The notes beneath the pieces are model-generated. The model ran no database searches. It saw nothing but the letters and a program-made list of their open reading frames with translations, and had not been told where the DNA came from. From assembly GCA_934096645.1 (NCBI GenBank), contig CAKOMK010000002.1:55383-119382 (forward strand): a DNA stretch of 64,000 bases, in the 5' to 3' direction. Made by a program: the position numbers and the translations under genes. Positions 59,122 to 64,000 of this stretch are shown piece by piece (the first letter of the stretch is position 1; the number at the start of each line of letters is the position of its first letter). This DNA comes from an uncultured Bacilli bacterium. GTDB taxonomy: Bacteria; Bacillota_I; Bacilli_A; RF39; UBA660.

Positions 59122-60000
59122 CTACTTTAAATCATTTTTTAATTGTATAGCAGCAATAGCTCCTTCGCTTACACCAGTCGCTATTTGATATACATCTTTT
59201 TTAATAATATCGCCACAAGCATATACTTTATCAATATTAGTTTTCATTTTATTATTAACTATTATATATCCATTTATATTTTCTACGCCAAGACTTCTAA
59301 TAAACGAAGTATCAGATTCATATCCATAATATACAAAAGCGCCATCACATTCTAAAAATGAACCATCATCTAATATAATACCCTTTAAAGTATCTTCTCC
59401 AAAAAATTCATTAGCTCCATTATTAATAATATTAATATTTTTATCTTTAACTTCTTGAACTAGTTTTTTTTCTGCAGTTATTTCATATTTAGTAATAATA
59501 GTCACATCACTTGCAAACTTACTTAAATATAATGCTTCTTCAAATGCACTATTTCCTCCACCTAAAACACATATTTTTTTATCTTTAAATAATGGTGCAT
59601 CGCAAATAGCACAATAACTAATTCCTTTTCCAATAAATTTATTTTCATTTATAAGACCACTCTTACGAGGTTTTCTTCCAGTAGCAATAATTAATCCTTT
59701 AGAAGTAAATTCTCCTTTAGTAGTAGTAACTTTCTTTATTCCATTTTCTTCTACAACATTAGTAACTTTAGCTAATTTAAATGGTACTTTTTCATTCAAT
59801 ATATGTTCAAACATATTAGAAGCTAAATCCGGTCCACTAATAGACTTAAATCCTAAATAATTTTCAACTATTGTTATTTTATTTAAAAGTCCACCAGGAG
59901 CACTCTCATCAATCATTAATACATTTAGTCCAGCCCTCTTAGCATAAATTCCAGCACTCATACCAGCAGGACCCATACCAATAATTATAGCATCATACAT
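59122..60000 (-). CDS. trxB: thioredoxin-disulfide reductase
   Basis: FAD motif GMGPAGMSAG, redox CAICD, NADPH motif GGGNSA. Confidence 0.85.
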   Translation of the reverse strand: MYDAIIIGMGPAGMSAGIYAKRAGLNVLMIDESAPGGLLNKITIVENYLGFKSISGPDLASNMFEHILNEKVPFKLAKVTNVVEENGIKKVTTTKGEFTSKGLIIATGRKPRKSGLINENKFIGKGISYCAICDAPLFKDKKICVLGGGNSAFEEALYLSKFASDVTIITKYEITAEKKLVQEVKDKNINIINNGANEFFGEDTLKGIILDDGSFLECDGAFVYYGYESDTSFIRSLGVENINGYIIVNNKMKTNIDKVYACGDIIKKDVYQIATGVSEGAIAAIQLKNDLK

Positions 60001-60015
60001 AATATTCATCCCCTT

Positions 60016-60828
60016 TTAAAAGATAATTTCTTCATCAACACTATTATAAAGATCATCAAGTTTAGGCTTCTTAGCTTGTGTAAAGAATATATATACACCA
60101 GCAGATATCATAATAACACTTAATACTTGAGCAACTTTAACATTAGCAATCATTAAACTATCAGTTCTAAATGTCTCTATAATTCCTCTAACAATACCAT
60201 ACCATATCAAATAAATAGACACAATTTGTCCTTTTTTAATATATTTTCTTCTTCTAATAATCATTAAAATAATAAAACCAATTAAACAAGCAATAGATTC
60301 AAAATAAAACATAGGTAAATGATAACTACCATTTATATACATATTATCTATTACAAATTGAGGTATTATTTTCATATTAACTAAAGTCTGATAGCTAACT
60401 GTACTACCATAAGCTTCACTATTAAAGAAGTTACCCCATCTACCAATAGCTTGAGCAATTATCAAAGCAGGAGCAAATATATCAGTAATCTTTAAAATAT
60501 CAACCTTATATTTTTTACAATATAATATTAATGTAATAAGTCCAGCAATAATCCCACCATGAATAGCTAAACCACCATTCCATATCTTATATATTTCAGA
60601 TAAATTCTTTGAATAATAATCCCAACTAAATATAACAAAAAATAATCTAGCTCCAATAATACCCATTATTAAAACCCAAAATATCAAATTAAAAATAAAA
60701 TCATATTTAATTTTAAATCTATTAGCTTCTCTAATAATCAAATAGTACGCTACAAAAACACCAGCTAATATTAATGCGCTATACCATCTAATTTCAAGTC
60801 CGCCTATTGAAAAAAGCACTGGATCCAT
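60016..60828 (-). CDS. lgt: prolipoprotein diacylglyceryl transferase
   Basis: Lgt signature GGLAIHGGIIAG and the conserved GRWGNFFNSEAYG. Confidence 0.85.
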   Translation of the reverse strand: MDPVLFSIGGLEIRWYSALILAGVFVAYYLIIREANRFKIKYDFIFNLIFWVLIMGIIGARLFFVIFSWDYYSKNLSEIYKIWNGGLAIHGGIIAGLITLILYCKKYKVDILKITDIFAPALIIAQAIGRWGNFFNSEAYGSTVSYQTLVNMKIIPQFVIDNMYINGSYHLPMFYFESIACLIGFIILMIIRRRKYIKKGQIVSIYLIWYGIVRGIIETFRTDSLMIANVKVAQVLSVIMISAGVYIFFTQAKKPKLDDLYNSVDEEIIF

Positions 60829-60832
60829 ATAA

Positions 60833-61255
60833 TTACCCTCTTCCTACATTCTTAGTAATAATATTATCTAAAAGTATTCTCATAAAACTAATAAATATAG
60901 CTATAAAGAATGTTGCAAAAAAACCATGAATATTAAAAGCACTACCCATCAAAATATCACATAATTTCAAAATAATCATATTCACAATTGGATAAGCTAT
61001 TCCAAAACTCAATATACTAAGTGGTAATGTCCAATAAATAAGTACAGGTTTAACTGTATAATTTAATAAATCTAAAATAAACGCAGCTATTAAAGCATAT
61101 AGAAAACTCTTTATCTCAATTCCTTTAAATAAAGATTCAGTAATCATTAAAACAACAGCATAAACTATAAGTCCAACAACAAATTGAATAAAATCACTTT
61201 TCTTATTATATTTTTTATTAACTATATTATTTGCCATAACTCCTCCTAAAAACAA
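60833..61255 (-). CDS. membrane protein, Phage_holin_4_2/YvlD-like family
   Basis: 140 aa with four TM helices; the family assignment is by overall resemblance only. Confidence 0.4.
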   Translation of the reverse strand: MFLGGVMANNIVNKKYNKKSDFIQFVVGLIVYAVVLMITESLFKGIEIKSFLYALIAAFILDLLNYTVKPVLIYWTLPLSILSFGIAYPIVNMIILKLCDILMGSAFNIHGFFATFFIAIFISFMRILLDNIITKNVGRG

Positions 61256-61677
61256 TCTAATTCATTTATCATATTATAATTTTCAGAAACATATTCTCCA
61301 TCACAATAAAAATACACAGCATGATTATAAACATCTTTCTTCTTTAAATAAACAAATCCATCACATGACACATTATTATATTTTACATCAACTATACTTT
61401 TATATCTCTTCAAAGCATCAAAAGTAACACATAAATAATCATTATCAGAATGTTTTAAAACATATTCAGTCATAAAAGCACTCTTATATTTTGAATTAAG
61501 TTCATTAACATAATAAGTCTCAATAAAATTAACACTAGCAAATTTAACATTCTTTTCATTAGTCTTAATCTCTTCACTTAATTTAGTTTCTTCATTACTA
61601 GCAAAATTAGGATTTAAAATAATAACTATAAGAGCTATTATAATCACTACAATAAATATTGCTACACCATTTCTCAT
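61246..61677 (-). CDS. hypothetical membrane-anchored protein (143 aa)
   Basis: N-terminal TM helix; overlaps both neighbouring genes. Confidence 0.4.
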   Translation of the reverse strand: MRNGVAIFIVVIIIALIVIILNPNFASNEETKLSEEIKTNEKNVKFASVNFIETYYVNELNSKYKSAFMTEYVLKHSDNDYLCVTFDALKRYKSIVDVKYNNVSCDGFVYLKKKDVYNHAVYFYCDGEYVSENYNMINELDCF

Positions 61678-62165
61678 TATTTTTTCCTCAAATCATTATA
61701 TCTTTGTTTAGATGACTCAATTACTTTAAATGCTTCTTCTTTTCCATAATAATCTAAAACATCAACTGGAATATTTTGTAATGTTTTATAATTTTCAAAG
61801 AAGTTTTTAATCTCATCAAGTACAAAAGAAGATAAATCATCTAAAGTATTTACATCATTATATCTTGGATCTACTGCTACTACAGAAATAATTTTATAGT
61901 CTTCTTTTCCATTATCAAACATTTTTAATGCTCCAATAACTTTAGCAGGAATAACACATCCTGGATAAGAAGGTTCACTACCAATAACCAATATATCAAG
62001 TGGATCTCCATCTTTAGCTAAAGTATTATCTATAAAACCATATTCAGCAGGATAAGACATAGAAGAATATAAAACTCTATCTAATTTAATCTTACCATCT
62101 TTAATCTCAAATTTATTTCTAGAACCATTAGGTATTTCAATAATTGCTTCTACAACATCTTTCAT
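61677..62165 (-). CDS. ppa: family I inorganic pyrophosphatase
   Basis: DGDPLDILV signature; 162 aa. Confidence 0.85.
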   Translation of the reverse strand: MKDVVEAIIEIPNGSRNKFEIKDGKIKLDRVLYSSMSYPAEYGFIDNTLAKDGDPLDILVIGSEPSYPGCVIPAKVIGALKMFDNGKEDYKIISVVAVDPRYNDVNTLDDLSSFVLDEIKNFFENYKTLQNIPVDVLDYYGKEEAFKVIESSKQRYNDLRKK

Positions 62166-62236
62166 ATTATCACATCCTAAAAATAATTATATCAAAAAAA
62201 CACTTAAATATAAATAAAAAAGTCAACGTTTGTTGA

Positions 62237-62449
62237 CTACTTTTCTTCTTTATTAACTTTAATAGCTTCTTTTCCTTTATAGTAACCACACTTAGTACAA
62301 GCTCTATGTGGAGCAAGTGGAGCGCCACAATTACTACAAGTAGCTACAGTAGGAGCATCTTTCTTTAAATGAGTTCTTCTTTGTCTTTTAGCAGTTTTAC
62401 TAATTCTTCTAAAAGGTAAAGCACCAAATAAAGTAATATCTAATTTCAT
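62237..62449 (-). CDS. rpmF: 50S ribosomal protein L32
   Basis: ALPFRRISKTAKRQRRTH and the zinc-ribbon CSNCG...CTKCGYYKG. ATG at 62449 with GAAGGAGG RBS; the ORF-track start at 62476 lies upstream of the RBS. Confidence 0.8.
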   Translation of the reverse strand: MKLDITLFGALPFRRISKTAKRQRRTHLKKDAPTVATCSNCGAPLAPHRACTKCGYYKGKEAIKVNKEEK

Positions 62450-62559
62450 TTTTATTCCTCCTTCACGCATCAACATTCGAGTTAATTTCTCATTTGCCTA
62501 GATATTTTCTCATAAATAAATAAAAATATCAAGTAAATTTAACTATTTTCTTATAAAAA

Positions 62560-62588
62560 TTGCTAAAAAGAACCAATTTTGTTATAAT
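62560..62588 (+). promoter_or_regulatory. near-consensus sigma-A promoter of the HAD/tmcAL operon
   Basis: TTGCTA, 17-nt spacer, TATAAT; 23 nt before the ATG at 62612. Confidence 0.55.
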
Positions 62589-62611
62589 CATGATGAAGGA
62601 ATGAAGATATT

Positions 62612-63304
62612 ATGAAATTATTAGTAAGTGATTATGATGGTACATTTGATACAACTGAATCTAGTGAAACATATAGAAACAGTATCGCAGTAGATAAATT
62701 TAGAAGAAAAGGAAATCAATTTGCTTTCGCAACTGGTAGAAGTTTTAGATCAATAAAACAGCAAACAAATTATTATAAAATCAGCTATGATTATTTAATA
62801 TGTAATAACGGACTCGCTATATTTGATAAAAAAGATAGATTATTAAAAAGTACACTTATTAGTAAAGAAGCAATATTAAAAACATTAGCATATTTAAATA
62901 AACTAGGATATGTTAAAAAAATAGTATTATTAAATACTTATGGAGAAGAAACAAAAAACTATGACGAAGTTATAGAAATATTATTTACTCTTCAAATAAG
63001 AAATGTTAAAGAAGCAGAAAAAATAAAAAATGAATTATCATTTTTATCATCTATGTCAAAATTTAATAGTGTTTTAGTTAGTAGTGAAACTAATAAAGTA
63101 GAAGGAATACAATTTATAAGTGAAAGATTTAATATACCGCATCAAGATATAATAACAGTAGGTGATGAAAAAAATGACATAGAAATGTTATTAGAATATG
63201 ATGGTTATAAAATGCTAATATCTTCTCCACTACTCTATAAACAAAAACTAAAAACAACTACTTCAGTAAGTGCATTAATTAAAAGAATAGGAAGATTTAA
63301 ATGA
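62612..63304 (+). CDS. HAD-superfamily Cof-like hydrolase
   Basis: Motif I VSDYDGT, motif II ATGR, C-terminal GDEKNDIEM. Confidence 0.65.
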   Translation: MKLLVSDYDGTFDTTESSETYRNSIAVDKFRRKGNQFAFATGRSFRSIKQQTNYYKISYDYLICNNGLAIFDKKDRLLKSTLISKEAILKTLAYLNKLGYVKKIVLLNTYGEETKNYDEVIEILFTLQIRNVKEAEKIKNELSFLSSMSKFNSVLVSSETNKVEGIQFISERFNIPHQDIITVGDEKNDIEMLLEYDGYKMLISSPLLYKQKLKTTTSVSALIKRIGRFK

Positions 63305-64000
63305 AAACAATTGGTATAATCGCAGAATATAATCCATTTCATAATGGACACTTATATCAAATAAACAAAATAAAAGAAAAATACCCAGATTCAATAATAA
63401 TAGTATGCCTAACTGCATCGTTTACTCAAAGAGGAGAAGTATCTATACTAAACAAATGGGAAAAAACACAAATAGCATTACAAAATAACGTAGATATAGT
63501 TATAGAATTACCATATATTTATGCAGTACAAAGTAGTGATATATTTGCTGAATCATCACTTAAATTATTAAATGAATTAAAAATAGAAGAATTATGCTTT
63601 GGAAGTGAAAATAATAACTTAGACAATTTAATAAAATGTGCCAAAACAGAGCTGTATAACAAAGAATTTGATATCAAAGTAAAAGAATACATGCAAGAAG
63701 GAATTAGTTATCCTACTGCTTTAAATCGTACCTTAAAAGACTTAATAAACATAGAAATATTAGAGCCAAACGATTTACTAGCACTAAGCTACTTAAAATC
63801 AATATACAAAAATAACTACAAGATAAAACCATTCATAATAAAAAGAACAAATAACTATCATGATTTAGAATCAAACGAAAACATCATATCAGCATCAAAC
63901 ATAAGAAACAAAATAAAAAATGATATAGATATAAAACATAATGTACCACTCGCAACATATCAAATACTAAAAAACAAAACAATTCAAAATAAATACTTCA
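63301..64000 (+). CDS. tmcAL: tRNA(Met) cytidine acetate ligase TmcAL (YlbM/DUF795 nucleotidyltransferase), 3'-truncated by the window edge
   Basis: GIIAEYNPFHNGHLYQ HxGH-type motif and SFTQRGE; 4-nt overlap with the upstream gene. Confidence 0.7.
   Translation, partial: MKTIGIIAEYNPFHNGHLYQINKIKEKYPDSIIIVCLTASFTQRGEVSILNKWEKTQIALQNNVDIVIELPYIYAVQSSDIFAESSLKLLNELKIEELCFGSENNNLDNLIKCAKTELYNKEFDIKVKEYMQEGISYPTALNRTLKDLINIEILEPNDLLALSYLKSIYKNNYKIKPFIIKRTNNYHDLESNENIISASNIRNKIKNDIDIKHNVPLATYQILKNKTIQNKYF

Noticed and set aside
1-64000. I looked for CRISPR arrays, prophage or insertion sequences, and rRNA operons.
   Set aside because: No regularly spaced direct repeats with unique spacers are present. 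There are no transposase, integrase (other than chromosomal xerD) or phage structural genes, and no rRNA-like conserved segments. Apart from the tRNAs, the only non-coding RNA features I could identify are the SAM-I riboswitch in the metK leader and the unidentified GC-rich element at 38025..38112.

Overview
This is a 64-kb chromosomal segment, roughly 25% GC, of a very AT-rich Gram-positive-type bacterium. It uses genetic code 11: TGA is a stop, as in the mnmA/alr ATGA overlap. Genes for Lgt, NlpC/P60 and CHAP hydrolases, alanine racemase, a MOP flippase and a SigH-like sigma factor beside rlmB suggest a Bacillota/Erysipelotrichia-like lineage. Coding density is high and most genes are housekeeping. 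The repair, replication and chromosome-segregation genes are ruvA, ruvB, smc, rarA and xerD. The RNA-processing and modification genes are rnc, mnmA, queA, tgt, tmcAL, rlmB and rlmD-like. The remaining core genes are metK behind a SAM-I riboswitch, deoB, def, trxA, trxB, ppa, rpmF and three tRNAs. A metal-homeostasis block comprises a ZIP importer, MntP, a CDF transporter and a minimal sufC plus sufBD-like pair. The most unusual content is a tandem array of three large paralogous proteins on the minus strand (30535..37205). Each has a different N-terminal alpha/beta-hydrolase-like domain with a G-x-S-x-G/S serine elbow (GWSEG, GVSAG, GYSAS), then a conserved ~200-aa helical module. Two of the three also carry an S/N/T/G-rich linker and a near-identical ~125-aa C-terminal domain, and none has a signal peptide. 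Each gene has its own promoter and terminator, and 440 bp of near-identical DNA at the 3' ends of the first and third copies points to recent gene conversion. I read this as a candidate reverse-architecture effector family, with a hydrolase in front of an LXG-like targeting module. Other notable items are a 790-aa RpoD-like sigma factor whose C-terminal extension carries two extra region-4-like HTH copies, and an in-frame 12-nt tandem repeat or 39-codon Arg/Ser/Asn-rich micro-ORF. There are also tandem NlpC/P60 paralogs, an orphan DNA methyltransferase with DILY in place of DPPY, and a GC-rich structured element next to metK. I found no CRISPR array, prophage or rRNA. Many ORFs in the six-frame track are antisense shadows of real genes.
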